Source of the DNA: an uncultured Desulfosarcina sp.
Lineage (GTDB): Bacteria; Desulfobacterota; Desulfobacteria; Desulfobacterales; Desulfosarcinaceae
Length of the DNA stretch: 64,000 nucleotides
Direction of reading: 5' to 3'
Assembly: GCA_963674945.2 (NCBI GenBank)
Contig: CAXXWQ010000004.1
Location: 896,001-960,000, forward strand
Shown here: in pieces, positions 32,830-43,120 of the stretch
Numbering within the stretch: position 1 is the first letter of the stretch
How the letters are laid out: each line of letters starts with the position of its first letter
The notes under the pieces: model-generated
The model's input: only the letters and a program-made list of their open reading frames with translations
The model's database searches: none
Told to the model about the DNA's origin: nothing
Translations under genes and position numbers: made by a program

Positions 32830-34311
32830 ATGCAGGTTAAAAACCATACACCGTTGAAAGTTAAAAGAAAAGCGATCAAGATCGTCGGGGATACTTCTCG
32901 GGTCATCACCAGGCTTCATCTGCCGGATGAGCGGTCTCGGATCAATAAAATCATTCAGCGTATCATTAACCTGCCCGACACGGTGGCTGAAGCGTTGATG
33001 GCGCAAATCATGGTAGATTTTGCCGGCCGGCACGAAGACATCGGGAACGTCTTTGAACGGAACCTGAAAGCGGTGCAGAATAATCTCCCACCGGATACCG
33101 TACTCAGCGATCTTAAAAAATCACTCATCGGGGCTTTCTTTACCAAGGAGTACTCCATTGAATCGGCGGCCCTTTTCAACCCTTCCATTGTTCCCCATCC
33201 GGATCAGAGCCGTTTGAAAAATGGCAGCCTGCGCTTCGTCATGAGTCTCCGGGCGACCGGTGAAGGTCATATTTCGTCCATCGTCTTTCGCAGCGGTGTC
33301 CTTGACCGACACAATCGGTTTCGCTTCGACCCGATCAGCGATTACGTGGAAACACCTGACCTTCAATTAAATCCGGATTACAAACGCGATCTTTTCCGGC
33401 GCAAATTGAACGAAATGGGGGCCGAAAATGAGATAACCGCCCTTATTCTAAATCATATGCCAGTTGATTTTACGTATAATGAGCTAATCGAAAGAATTGG
33501 CAAACTTCGAGTGGAACCAGTATTTCCCAAGAATCGTCAAAACAGAGCTTTCGAGATTATGTGGTGGCTTGCCAATTCCAATTATGAGGTAGTGTTCCAC
33601 CCGGATCACCGCATATCCGAACGAGTGATCTTTCCGGTCTCAAAAAACGAAAGCCGAGGTATTGAAGATGCCCGCTTCGTTCAATTTCTCACTGACCGGC
33701 AAGAAGCCACTTATTATGCGACCTATACCGCCTATAATGGGCATACGATCCTACCGCAACTGATCGAAACCAAGGATTTTATCAAATTCAACATTGTCAC
33801 GCTTAACGGAAAAGCAATAAAAAACAAGGGAATGGCACTTTTCCCGCGCAAAATTGGCGACCGCTATGCCATGCTCTCTCGCCAGGATGGCGAAAACAAC
33901 CATATCATGTTTTCGGACAATATCCATTTCTGGCAAACGTCCCAAATTATCCAGGAGCCTGAATATCCGTGGGAATTCATCCAGATCGGCAACTGCGGGT
34001 CGCCCGTAGAGACGGATCAAGGTTGGATCGTGCTCACCCACGGTGTCGGCCCCATGCGTCAATATTGTATTGGCGCCATTTTGCTTGATCTTGAAAATCC
34101 ATCGAAAATAATCGCTCGTCTGGTTGAACCACTACTCTCCCCGCATGAGAAAGAGCGCGAGGGATATGTTCCCAATGTCGTTTATTCATGCGGTGCGATC
34201 ATTCATAATAACGAATTGGTTATTCCCTACGCAATGTCCGACATCAACTCCGGCATTGCGATCGTCGCCGTGGATGAACTGCTGAATTGTATGCGGGCGG
34301 TGAAATCATGA
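32830..34311 (+). CDS. GH130 family protein (long form)
   Basis: EYSIESAALFNPS, RGIEDARFV, QIGNCGSP, EGYVPNVVYSCG. Confidence 0.88.
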   Translation: MQVKNHTPLKVKRKAIKIVGDTSRVITRLHLPDERSRINKIIQRIINLPDTVAEALMAQIMVDFAGRHEDIGNVFERNLKAVQNNLPPDTVLSDLKKSLIGAFFTKEYSIESAALFNPSIVPHPDQSRLKNGSLRFVMSLRATGEGHISSIVFRSGVLDRHNRFRFDPISDYVETPDLQLNPDYKRDLFRRKLNEMGAENEITALILNHMPVDFTYNELIERIGKLRVEPVFPKNRQNRAFEIMWWLANSNYEVVFHPDHRISERVIFPVSKNESRGIEDARFVQFLTDRQEATYYATYTAYNGHTILPQLIETKDFIKFNIVTLNGKAIKNKGMALFPRKIGDRYAMLSRQDGENNHIMFSDNIHFWQTSQIIQEPEYPWEFIQIGNCGSPVETDQGWIVLTHGVGPMRQYCIGAILLDLENPSKIIARLVEPLLSPHEKEREGYVPNVVYSCGAIIHNNELVIPYAMSDINSGIAIVAVDELLNCMRAVKS

Positions 34312-34433
34312 AATCTTTAAATTGTGCGCGAAAAAACCACCGCAATTGGGCAAAGCATACGAAAACCGGATCCTACGTTTACGAGAAAACCTTTGGAATT
34401 CGACTGATGAAGAATAGCCAGGGGAGAAAGAAG

Positions 34434-36086
34434 ATGTTGACACTGCTTGGAAAAAGCGTTTCCCCAGGGATGGCGCAAGGGAAGGCCTATGTCTATAAGG
34501 ATGTGTTGTTAAGGGATTCCGAACTCTATCTGATCGACGAATCCCAGATGGATGATGAGAAAACCAGAATTAAAAGGGCGATCGACGATGTAAGAAAATG
34601 CCTGATAATCGATGCCAAGCAAATTGAGGGGAAGTTGGGCAAGCAATCGGCGGATATCTTCCGCGCGCAAGAAGCAATCTTGATAGATCCCCAATTGGCA
34701 AAGGAAATAAAACAGGTTTTGGAAACAAAGATGATCAATGCCGAGCAAGTGGTCAGAACGGTATTCCGAACACTGGCGCGCCGATTCAGAGACCTGAACG
34801 GTGAACTGCTAAGGGAACGTGGGGATGATATTGACGACCTGTCGCGCCGGTTGTTGCTGTCATTGGCAGGTATTCACGCGCATAGCCTCGAGAATGTGCC
34901 TGCCAACACGGTACTGGTGGCCCGTCGGCTGTTGCCGTCGGATACGGTGTTTCTTTCGCGTTCATCCACCGTCGGCGTTCTTGCAGAGTTCGCGGGGCCC
35001 TCGGCACATGCGGCTCTTATTGCCCGAGAGCTCGGCATCCCCTGTGTGGGGGGGATTCCCGGTTTGTTGCAAACGGTCCATACGAGTGACGTCGTGCTTG
35101 TTGATGGGACCAAGGGTACAGCGGTGATCAATCCGAACCCCCAAGTCCTGCGACATCACAACAAGGCATTTGAGGAAGTCCGCAAAAACCGTGAGACGAT
35201 GGCATATATCAGCACAGTTGAAGGAGCGGTAGCCGTGGATGGTGTTGATGTCTTGATCATGGCTAATGTCCGCAGTCGTGAAGATGTTGAACTCGCTATG
35301 GAATGCGGGGCGGATGGGATTGGACTGTTCCGAACAGAGCCCTTCTTTCTTTCGACCAAACATTTACCTTCAGGCAAGGACTTCCAGAGGTTTCTACATG
35401 AGAGCCTGGAACCGGTACGAGGAAGGCATATCGACGTTCGTCTTCTCGATATTGGTGCCGACAAGAATCCCATTTACCTTCATCTGCCACCGGAACCCGA
35501 CCCTTTTTTGGGCCGGCGGGGTGTGCGTGTGCTGCGTGAGTATCCAGAGTTGTTGGCTACACAGTTGCGGGCTGTCTTGGAAGTGTCTCAGGAATTCGAA
35601 ATCGGTGTCCTGATACCGATGGTCACGATCGAAAGCGATGTGACGCATGTTGTCTCACGGTTACAAAAATTTGCCACTGAAATGGGTATTCGCAAGCTGC
35701 CCCGTATCGGTGCAATGATCGAAACACCAGCCGCGGCATTATCAATCGCATCTCTGAAAAAACACGTGGACTTTTTCAGCATCGGCTCAAATGATCTCAC
35801 ACAATATACTATGGCCGCCGGACGGGAAAATCCCTTGGTTACGGAGTATTTCATTGACGACCATCCAGCGGTCTTACGGCTTATCGAATTAATCATTAAG
35901 GAATCCGGTGACACGCCCGTTTCAATCTGCGGTGAGTTGGCGGGCCGGGTTGACGTTATCCCAAAGTTGTTGAGAACCGGAATCAGGTCTCTCAGTGTGG
36001 CTGCCGCGCTCGTCCCGGACGTGAAATTTGCCGTAAGGAACATAAAAGTCGAAGATAAGGAAAATTATGTTGAAATTGTGGAATAG
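34434..36086 (+). CDS. ptsI: PTS Enzyme I (PEP-protein phosphotransferase) without GAF
   Basis: SAHAALIAREL, GADGIGLFRTE, DPFLGRRGVR, SIGSNDLTQY; RBS before 34434. Confidence 0.87.
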   Translation: MLTLLGKSVSPGMAQGKAYVYKDVLLRDSELYLIDESQMDDEKTRIKRAIDDVRKCLIIDAKQIEGKLGKQSADIFRAQEAILIDPQLAKEIKQVLETKMINAEQVVRTVFRTLARRFRDLNGELLRERGDDIDDLSRRLLLSLAGIHAHSLENVPANTVLVARRLLPSDTVFLSRSSTVGVLAEFAGPSAHAALIARELGIPCVGGIPGLLQTVHTSDVVLVDGTKGTAVINPNPQVLRHHNKAFEEVRKNRETMAYISTVEGAVAVDGVDVLIMANVRSREDVELAMECGADGIGLFRTEPFFLSTKHLPSGKDFQRFLHESLEPVRGRHIDVRLLDIGADKNPIYLHLPPEPDPFLGRRGVRVLREYPELLATQLRAVLEVSQEFEIGVLIPMVTIESDVTHVVSRLQKFATEMGIRKLPRIGAMIETPAAALSIASLKKHVDFFSIGSNDLTQYTMAAGRENPLVTEYFIDDHPAVLRLIELIIKESGDTPVSICGELAGRVDVIPKLLRTGIRSLSVAAALVPDVKFAVRNIKVEDKENYVEIVE

Positions 36087-36159
36087 GTAATCCAGTTTAA
36101 CCAGCTATATCTGACAGGTTGGACAGTTGATGCTGTTTTACCTTGAAATAGGATGTCCT

Positions 36160-37014
36160 ATGCAGCGCTACAAAATTCTTCATCGTACTTATTACAATTT
36201 CTCGGGGATGGTGAGGCTCGGCACCCATCACCTGCGCCTTCGTCCGAGGGAAGACTATGAGCTTCGTATCGAATCCTCTACATTGACGATAACGCCTCCG
36301 GCAACCCTGCTTTGGCACCGGGACGTGGAGGGAAACTCAGTGGCCATCGCGACATTTAATTCGCCCACCAACCAACTTGCGGTTGAAAGCGAAGTCATTA
36401 TCCAGCAATACAACGAAGCACCGCTCGACTTTCTTGTGACCGATTACGCCATCGATTACCCGTTCACCTATCCACCCGACGACAGGATTTTGCTGTCGCC
36501 CTATATGGCATCCTCGGCGCATAGTGTGGAAGGCATTTTGGGTGAATGGATTGCTAATTTATGGAAATCCGGTGAACGGATTCAGACTTACACGTTGTTG
36601 CAGCGCCTTTGCACTCTCATTCATCAAAAATTGTCATATAGAGTGCGGGAAGAACCCGGTGTACAATCTGCGGAGCAAACACTATCAGGCGGTACTGGTT
36701 CTTGCCGTGACTTTGCAGCGCTATTTATGGTCGCAGCGCGGTGTTTGGGTTTCGCCGCTCGCTTTGTAAGTGGCTATCTACATGTACCCCAATCAACCGA
36801 TAGTTTGGGGGCAACCCATGCCTGGGCCGAAGTATACCTGCCGGGCGCTGGTTGGAAGGGGTTCGATCCCACCAACGGAGAAATCGCCGGAACGGATCAT
36901 TTTGCCGTGGCGGTGGCAAGATTGCCAGAATCAGTTCCACCAATAGCGGGCTCGTTTGTGGGTTCTCCGGGGTCACGTCTTGATGTTGGCGTATGGGTAA
37001 CAATGTGGGAGTAA
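36160..37014 (+). CDS. Transglutaminase-family protein
   Basis: GSCRDFA, ARFVSGYL, HAWAEVYLPGAGWKGFDPT. Confidence 0.9.
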   Translation: MQRYKILHRTYYNFSGMVRLGTHHLRLRPREDYELRIESSTLTITPPATLLWHRDVEGNSVAIATFNSPTNQLAVESEVIIQQYNEAPLDFLVTDYAIDYPFTYPPDDRILLSPYMASSAHSVEGILGEWIANLWKSGERIQTYTLLQRLCTLIHQKLSYRVREEPGVQSAEQTLSGGTGSCRDFAALFMVAARCLGFAARFVSGYLHVPQSTDSLGATHAWAEVYLPGAGWKGFDPTNGEIAGTDHFAVAVARLPESVPPIAGSFVGSPGSRLDVGVWVTMWE

Positions 37015-37467
37015 AGAACGACTCCTGCTTTTATGAGTCAGGAAATCAAATCTTCTACTCTCAAATTAGGAAGAGCACTTGAAACTGCCTGGTAATTGAG
37101 ACCTTAATAGCCACCACCTCAAATACAATCGAAAACAGGTGTTAAGGACAGCCGATCCAAATCACACTCCTGAGGACTAGCGACCATAAGTGCTCTGTCA
37201 TGGCAAGATCAAAAGGTGAGGATTACTGAAGGCAATCCTCGCCCTTTCCATTGGTTAGAGAATGAGGCGATAGTTAAACAGTTTACGAGGTCCTTGTCCC
37301 ATGTATAAAGAAGGCAAAACAAAAAAAGCGACCCATAATGGTTGCTCACAATCCAAATCTTGCTGTTGTCTGTGATGCAGAACAAATATGTTAGGATATT
37401 CCAGAAAAATAAAAGGTTCTCTATTACATATGATGTGATGCCAGAATACTATACCGCTAATTGTACT

Positions 37468-38046
37468 TTACTTCCCTTTTCCCTTACTCTTTATCTTTGG
37501 ATGGTGAGAAAAAAAGGGACCGCCGCATCCCACTAAAAAATCGACGGAACAACGCAGTGTACTAGCCAGCTTAACGATCACATCCGTACTTGCGTGGTAA
37601 CCAGCTTCGATCCTTTTGATTTGATCGACTGGTAGCCCGGAACGTTTGGAAACCTCCGCGATGCTAAATCCCATATCCTCACGCCAATAACGAACCCGTT
37701 TACCCATTTCCGGATCTTTTGCCGCAGGAAGCCCATGGTCTTTGTTGGTTTTGGCATGAAGGTATTTTGGCACATCTTCTTTAACCATCGCATCCGGCAA
37801 ATCAGTCATTTGGTAAAAAACGTGTCCCCATAAAAAATAATCCATCGGTTTACCAGTGGCCACAGATACAGCTAATATGTAATTTAATGAAGGATTTTGG
37901 CTGGCTTTTGCGCTATGAATATTGGATACCACGTTGATCTTCACGCCAACTTTATTCGCCCATTCTGTCCTGGAATAGCCTTCCATTTCCTTCTCAATGC
38001 GTCGAAGGACATCTTTGAAATTGATGTCAATGTGATATTTTTTCAT
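37468..38046 (-). CDS. Repressor with two XRE-type HTH domains
   Basis: SRTEWANKVGV..NPSLNYIL and RVRYWREDMGFSIAEVSKRSG..IEAG; divergent from the integrase. Confidence 0.8.
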   Translation of the reverse strand: MKKYHIDINFKDVLRRIEKEMEGYSRTEWANKVGVKINVVSNIHSAKASQNPSLNYILAVSVATGKPMDYFLWGHVFYQMTDLPDAMVKEDVPKYLHAKTNKDHGLPAAKDPEMGKRVRYWREDMGFSIAEVSKRSGLPVDQIKRIEAGYHASTDVIVKLASTLRCSVDFLVGCGGPFFSHHPKIKSKGKGK

Positions 38047-38135
38047 TTTCTATTATTTTTTTCTTGACATTAAGTTCATTTTTTATGTATATAGTAACCT
38101 ACACACCCTCAATTGAACCTGATCTCCTATTTTCC

Positions 38136-38210
38136 CAGAATTGTCCCTCTTCAGAATTGTCCCTCTTCAGAATTGTCCCTCTTCAGAATTTTCCTAATAT
38201 TCAGAATTCT
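38136..38210 (+). repeat. 16-bp tandem repeat CAGAATTGTCCCTCTT x3 plus two degenerate units
   Basis: Read directly at 38136, 38152 and 38168. Confidence 0.9.
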
Positions 38211-38479
38211 TTTGTTGTTAGCTAATGGTGAAGAAATAAGTTCCTTCTTTTAATTAATAATGTAGCCCTAAAACATGTGTCGACAAACAACATTGACTCA
38301 GCGTTTGATTTTCGATTTGCTGATATCGCTCACGGGAGGTTCATTTCTAAATTACATTAATACGTTAACGGAATCAAACCCTTTTCCATTAAACGTAGAG
38401 CAAATAAAATGAGAGTCGTCGAAAAACTCGAAAAAGAATTCAAAAGAAGGCTGAACTTCAATCCAGCAGGTAGGCTGAT

Positions 38480-38662
38480 TTGACTGAAACAATGCAAATA
38501 CAGAAAGATCTTGAGTCTATCAAAAAGCAACTAGCTACGCTGATGGACCATTTGGGAGTCGGGGCCACTCCTCAACGCTCAGATCGGGATATTCAACAAG
38601 AAATATCCAACCGTTTACATAAACAATTGACCCGTGCTAAAAAGTCGAATGGCCGTGCGTGA
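38480..38662 (+). CDS. Small hypothetical protein overlapping the integrase start
   Basis: 60-aa ORF with TTG start directly upstream of int. Confidence 0.4.
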   Translation: MTETMQIQKDLESIKKQLATLMDHLGVGATPQRSDRDIQQEISNRLHKQLTRAKKSNGRA

Positions 38663-39686
38663 AATAGGGATAGGTAAATTTCAGTTGGATGTAAGCCGTG
38701 GTGTAGGTAAACGCACCCGTATGGTTTTTTATGGTTCAAAAGCTGAAGCTGAGAAAGCTTTCACCTATTTAAAGCGCCAGTGTGACCAGGAAGACGGCAG
38801 GGAAAAGAAATCCCACTACAATATTGGTGATCTAGTCGATGCCCACCTTGAGCATGAAAAGCTGCACAAAGCGAATAAAACATGGGAGGAAAAAAATAGA
38901 ATCATTCGCGGCCCTATAATGTCCATGTTCCGCAAAATGCACTTCGATTTCGTGTACACATCAACGATTGAAGCCTACAAGAAAAAAAGGGTCAACGATA
39001 TTGGCAAAAAGCACAGAGCCATCAACCTTGAACTGATCTATTTTTCAGGTTTCTGGAAATGGGCATATCAAAACGGGTACTGCCGAAACATGACTATTAA
39101 GATGCCAAAGCTCCCATATAAAAGGAAACCACCCAAAGTTTTAACAAAGTCTGAATGTATGGCCATCTTTCACCATGCTGGACCACATCGACAAGCCATG
39201 TTTCTTTGTTTGTACCACGCTGGATTACGGGCCAATGAAGTGATGACTTTGAAACGATATAATGTAGATTTCACGGGTTGTTCGATTACTGTGATCGGCA
39301 AGGGTGACAAGACCAGAACGGTGCCGATGACACAAACGCTATCCGAAGCGATGAAAAAACATTTTTCGTTGATGGACGATCGTATCTCGAATCCAAAAAC
39401 GAAAGTCCTGTGGGATGAAACCCTGGCCTTTCCGTCACTGCGGACCGGCAAGCAATTAACAGACATTCGCCGGCCATTATGGAACGTGATTGAAAAACCC
39501 GATATCTCGAGAAAGGTGATGCCGCATATTTTGCGACACAGCTTTGCAACCCACATGTTTGAAGCCGACGCGGATTTGAGAACGATCCAGGAATTATTGG
39601 GCCATGAAGATATTGCCACAACCCAGGTGTACAAGCACGTTGCCATCAATAAGAAGAGGACAGTCATTGATTTGCTCAAACAATAA
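38649..39686 (+). CDS. Tyrosine recombinase/integrase (intact)
   Basis: AGLRANE (R), GKGDKTR (K), [10 protein letters not shown] (HxxR), LLGH, TTQVY (Y); adjacent to the tRNA-derived att. Confidence 0.93.
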   Translation: MAVREIGIGKFQLDVSRGVGKRTRMVFYGSKAEAEKAFTYLKRQCDQEDGREKKSHYNIGDLVDAHLEHEKLHKANKTWEEKNRIIRGPIMSMFRKMHFDFVYTSTIEAYKKKRVNDIGKKHRAINLELIYFSGFWKWAYQNGYCRNMTIKMPKLPYKRKPPKVLTKSECMAIFHHAGPHRQAMFLCLYHAGLRANEVMTLKRYNVDFTGCSITVIGKGDKTRTVPMTQTLSEAMKKHFSLMDDRISNPKTKVLWDETLAFPSLRTGKQLTDIRRPLWNVIEKPDISRKVMPHILRHSFATHMFEADADLRTIQELLGHEDIATTQVYKHVAINKKRTVIDLLKQ

Positions 39687-39776
39687 CCAATATGACTTTG
39701 GACGGCTGATGACAAGCTTGTCATTTTTTCTTCGATTATTTATAGTTTTTTCGGTTACTTATTCTATAACCACCAA

Positions 39777-39822
39777 ACTCTTAATCAGTAGGTTGAAGGT
39801 TCGATTCCTTCACGGCCCACCA
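39777..39822 (+). mobile_element. att core: 3' half of tRNA-Lys(CTT), copy 1
   Basis: ACTCTTAATCAGTAGGTTGAAGGTTCGATTCCTTCACGGCCCACCA = anticodon loop, T-arm and CCA; no 5' half upstream. Confidence 0.9.
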
Positions 39823-39840
39823 TCATTAATTTTTTGTTTA

Positions 39841-39881
39841 AAAACGGGAAGTTAGGCTGTTCTGCCGCTTCCCGTTTTTTT
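39841..39881 (+). terminator. Intrinsic terminator-like hairpin after att
   Basis: AAAACGGGAAG...CTTCCCGTTTTTTT; related copy at about 51661-51699. Confidence 0.6.
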
Positions 39882-40664
39882 GTATTTTCTTCCATTATCT
39901 TAATCAGTTGGTTGAAGATTTGATTGCTTCACGGTCAACCAAAAAATACTAAGTGAAATTGGTTCTTTATACCTGTTTCGCTTTTTTTTTTAGGGAGTCT
40001 CCATTAAAAAAATGACAAGGAAATGACAAGGTGGGCAACCATGTGATCGAACACAGATTTTCACGTGGAATACAGAAAATAATCGTGAGTTGAAACCAGT
40101 TCCCGAAAAGAGCGCTATTGGCAGCTACAGCTTGCCGAGGTCTTTTAATAATTGCCTGAAGGTAACAAGCACAAACTGCGTGAACTGTTCCATGTTCAGG
40201 CCCTCGAAAGCAGAAGGTGGGCGTTGTTCCGTTACACACAGTACCCCTTCAGAGCTTGTTGTTTCAAAATAGAGACTCAGGTTTTCAATGAACGTTTTAA
40301 ACCAGGCAGGGTATTTTTTCGAGAGCTGGTCAAAATCATCCAAGATGGCAGGCATGATTTGGCCGCTCCCGGTTAAAATGTCAAAAATATAGAAGAGGTC
40401 TTTGGCCTTCTTTTCAGGATCTTTTCTCCTTCTGAAAACCAGGCCCTTGTGAAACATATACGCGGCAGGAGTCGGTATCTTAACAATCAATGGGGATGAT
40501 TGTCCTGCTAGTACAGCATCATCAATCGTCACCTCAGTTACATTTTCAGTTACAATGGATATGAATCTGAGGGCTTCGGCATGAAGGCCTTTTTGAACCT
40601 CCAAAACAATTTCAGGGTTGGACCCTGTTTGATCAACCAAAAATTCGATCTCAACATCCATATT

Positions 40665-43120
40665 CAGAACACTGCATCTCCGGGAAAACTATGTGACACC
40701 TCCGGCATGATTTGAGGTGCTGCAGCCATTTAGTTCGAATATCATTTGCAGCTCGGTACCGGGGTATTTTACCTGCGCACTGTTCAGATGCGCAAACAGT
40801 TGGCAAAGAGCCCGATTGGCCGCTGGGAACGAAGCGCCGTGCAATCGTATATTCAATTGCTGATTTTCAATATCGGGCAGTACATCGCCTTCGGTCTGGA
40901 ACAGTGTCTGGAGAAGACTCCGTGCATCCGACGAGTTTACCGTCGGACCCGTGAGCAACCCAACCATTGCCGTCTCTGCACGATATGCAATCATACGAAC
41001 CGTGTCCATCAGGCGTTTTCTGCCCGGTTGTAAACGTAAAAATTTATCTTTTGCTTCAAGTTCTCCCCACGTGATGTGTTTACTTGTCTGTTTTCGTTTT
41101 TCTTTCAACTCGCTGAGTTGATACTCCATCTTTTCGATTTCTTCTAACAGCTCGGCCTTTTTCTCTATCCACTTCTTAAACTTTACCGGTTTGTCTTCAT
41201 TTTCAGGGTGAATGGTCATCTCGGCAAAACAGGCACGACGATATCGTAGCTTGTTCTGCAACGAATTACGGGATTGATTCAATTGCCGCCAAACGGGGTT
41301 GATTACCCGTTCGGTATCAGGAAATTCAACGACACCATAATCTAAAAGCACATCGATATCAAAATGTTGCATCATATAGTTGAAAAAGTTTTCCTGACAC
41401 CACCGGCTGAACATGCGTGCTGCCAATTGAGTATGCGGCAAATCGAAAGCGGTGCTGATTACGCTGGTCTGGTGTCCGGAATCGGTCAGTTTTCGCACTT
41501 GTCGCATCCATGTTGCACCCTTACCAGATCCCACCAAACTACCCATTTCGCAAAGCCGCATCTTCACCACCTCTTTGTTTGGCATCGCAACTTCATACTC
41601 GGTGAACCAATGCTCCGGCCATGATTCACCAGGATGCTTATGATACGTCATGCAGCCGATTCGATGGCGATCCCACATTTCCTTGAAGAATGCGGGACTA
41701 TATCCTTCCCTGTCGAAAACAAGAACGAACCGGCATAAACATGGGTTCTCTTGTAGTTGCTGCAAACCGGGTTGATTCGGAACGTCTTGCAACAACCGGG
41801 GAACGATATCGTCTCTTAAAACCGCCAATAATCCAGGATCGATCTGCTTTTCGACGACAAAAAAAGGTCGGCCAATCGCATCGTTAACCCAATAGTCGGT
41901 AATGCCCCTCATGCACAATCGTTCCCGGGACACGTAGCGGCGCGGTAGTCGGGTCAATTTTCCATGATAAACACGTACATGCCCGTCAACATAAAGCGCG
42001 CCAACCGATTCGGGCGCCTGTTCCATCCAGTATTTACCGAGGTATGCGGCCCACTTTTCCGCGCCGTGGTCTGCGCTCAACGCATCCATCTTGTAACGCA
42101 AACAGCGAACCTCCGGTGCACGATCCAAGCCCAATAACTTACCAAATTCTCCCGGAGCATGGCCTCGTATTTTTTCTGTCGTCTTGATCCTGCATAAGGC
42201 CATAAACGAAAGCAGCAACAAGACATGAAAGATCGTGTAATAGCCTTTGACTTGGCCGAGGAACTGTTTTGCGCCGGTAAACAACCCGTTTGCCACCAAT
42301 GACGGTATCGCACAAAGAACGCCTGCTTTGGGAACGTCCAGGCATCTGTCAAAACGAACCGGCGCACCAACCATTTTGCCCAATGATGCCAATATGCGTT
42401 CCCCGACTCGGTTGCAAGCCGTCCCCATACCATCGGCAGCAGCCATGTCGACCATGTCCCGATCTGATTTGGTTAGACACGGTTCACCAATCCTTGATTC
42501 GATTAACCGACCATCATCTATAGCTTTGCGAAACGTATCGTATTTAATGCCAAGTTCCAGGGCGGCATCTTTTTTCGAGCACCCTTGATCCAGTAAACGT
42601 TGGGCTTGTTCAAGCACCTCAGGTTTGAAAACCTTGCCGCCGCGTCGTCCCCGCCGCTGAACGAAAAATGCCTCGGCGCCGCCGGACCTGAGTTTGTTCA
42701 CGGATCGGATGACATTGCTCTTGGATACGCCGAATGTGTTTTGGATATCGATCTGGCGGCAATCTCCGGATTCAACCAGTTGGGCTGTTATCATCCGAAA
42801 CATTCGTTGATCGCCTTGTCTGTGAGAATAAATCGGAACTGTCGATAGAAAATAGGTCCATTTCGTATCGTCACGAAATACACTGACAAGCCCGTTGATT
42901 TGTCTTGCACCGCGAGGAATAAGTGGTAGTATCTGTTGAGGCATGGCATCCTTTTCCTTTCATTTATCCGCCAAGATAATAAGGTTAAAGGTGCCATGTT
43001 CATTTTCCGGTTGCAATACCTTACCGGCCTGCTGGATTCAGACTCCTATCTTTCTGTTTTTCAACCACTTACATTATGTTTTGCTTGCCATATGCAACAA
43101 TTAGGAAATCAAGTTTCCTG
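40665..43120 (-). mobile_element. 2,456-bp insertion sequence with 5-bp target duplication
   Basis: ATATT at 40660-64 and 43121-25; imperfect 17-bp IRs CAGAACACTGCATCTCC / CAGGAAACTTGATTTCC. Confidence 0.9.
40689..42944 (-). CDS. Large (751 aa) putative DDE transposase with N-terminal HTHs
   Basis: YVDGH, FDREG and RWCQENFF acidic triad; only long ORF in the IS. Confidence 0.8.
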   Translation of the reverse strand: MPQQILPLIPRGARQINGLVSVFRDDTKWTYFLSTVPIYSHRQGDQRMFRMITAQLVESGDCRQIDIQNTFGVSKSNVIRSVNKLRSGGAEAFFVQRRGRRGGKVFKPEVLEQAQRLLDQGCSKKDAALELGIKYDTFRKAIDDGRLIESRIGEPCLTKSDRDMVDMAAADGMGTACNRVGERILASLGKMVGAPVRFDRCLDVPKAGVLCAIPSLVANGLFTGAKQFLGQVKGYYTIFHVLLLLSFMALCRIKTTEKIRGHAPGEFGKLLGLDRAPEVRCLRYKMDALSADHGAEKWAAYLGKYWMEQAPESVGALYVDGHVRVYHGKLTRLPRRYVSRERLCMRGITDYWVNDAIGRPFFVVEKQIDPGLLAVLRDDIVPRLLQDVPNQPGLQQLQENPCLCRFVLVFDREGYSPAFFKEMWDRHRIGCMTYHKHPGESWPEHWFTEYEVAMPNKEVVKMRLCEMGSLVGSGKGATWMRQVRKLTDSGHQTSVISTAFDLPHTQLAARMFSRWCQENFFNYMMQHFDIDVLLDYGVVEFPDTERVINPVWRQLNQSRNSLQNKLRYRRACFAEMTIHPENEDKPVKFKKWIEKKAELLEEIEKMEYQLSELKEKRKQTSKHITWGELEAKDKFLRLQPGRKRLMDTVRMIAYRAETAMVGLLTGPTVNSSDARSLLQTLFQTEGDVLPDIENQQLNIRLHGASFPAANRALCQLFAHLNSAQVKYPGTELQMIFELNGCSTSNHAGGVT

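Noticed and set aside
37015..37467. Possible ncRNA or small gene at the island/repressor boundary (also 61320-61683)
   Set aside because: No convincing structure, RBS or motif that I can support
38136..38210. CRISPR array
   Set aside because: The 16-bp units are contiguous with no spacers, and there are no cas genes
39740..39822. Intact tRNA-Lys gene (also at 51594)
   Set aside because: No acceptor 5' strand or D-arm upstream; only the 3' half is present
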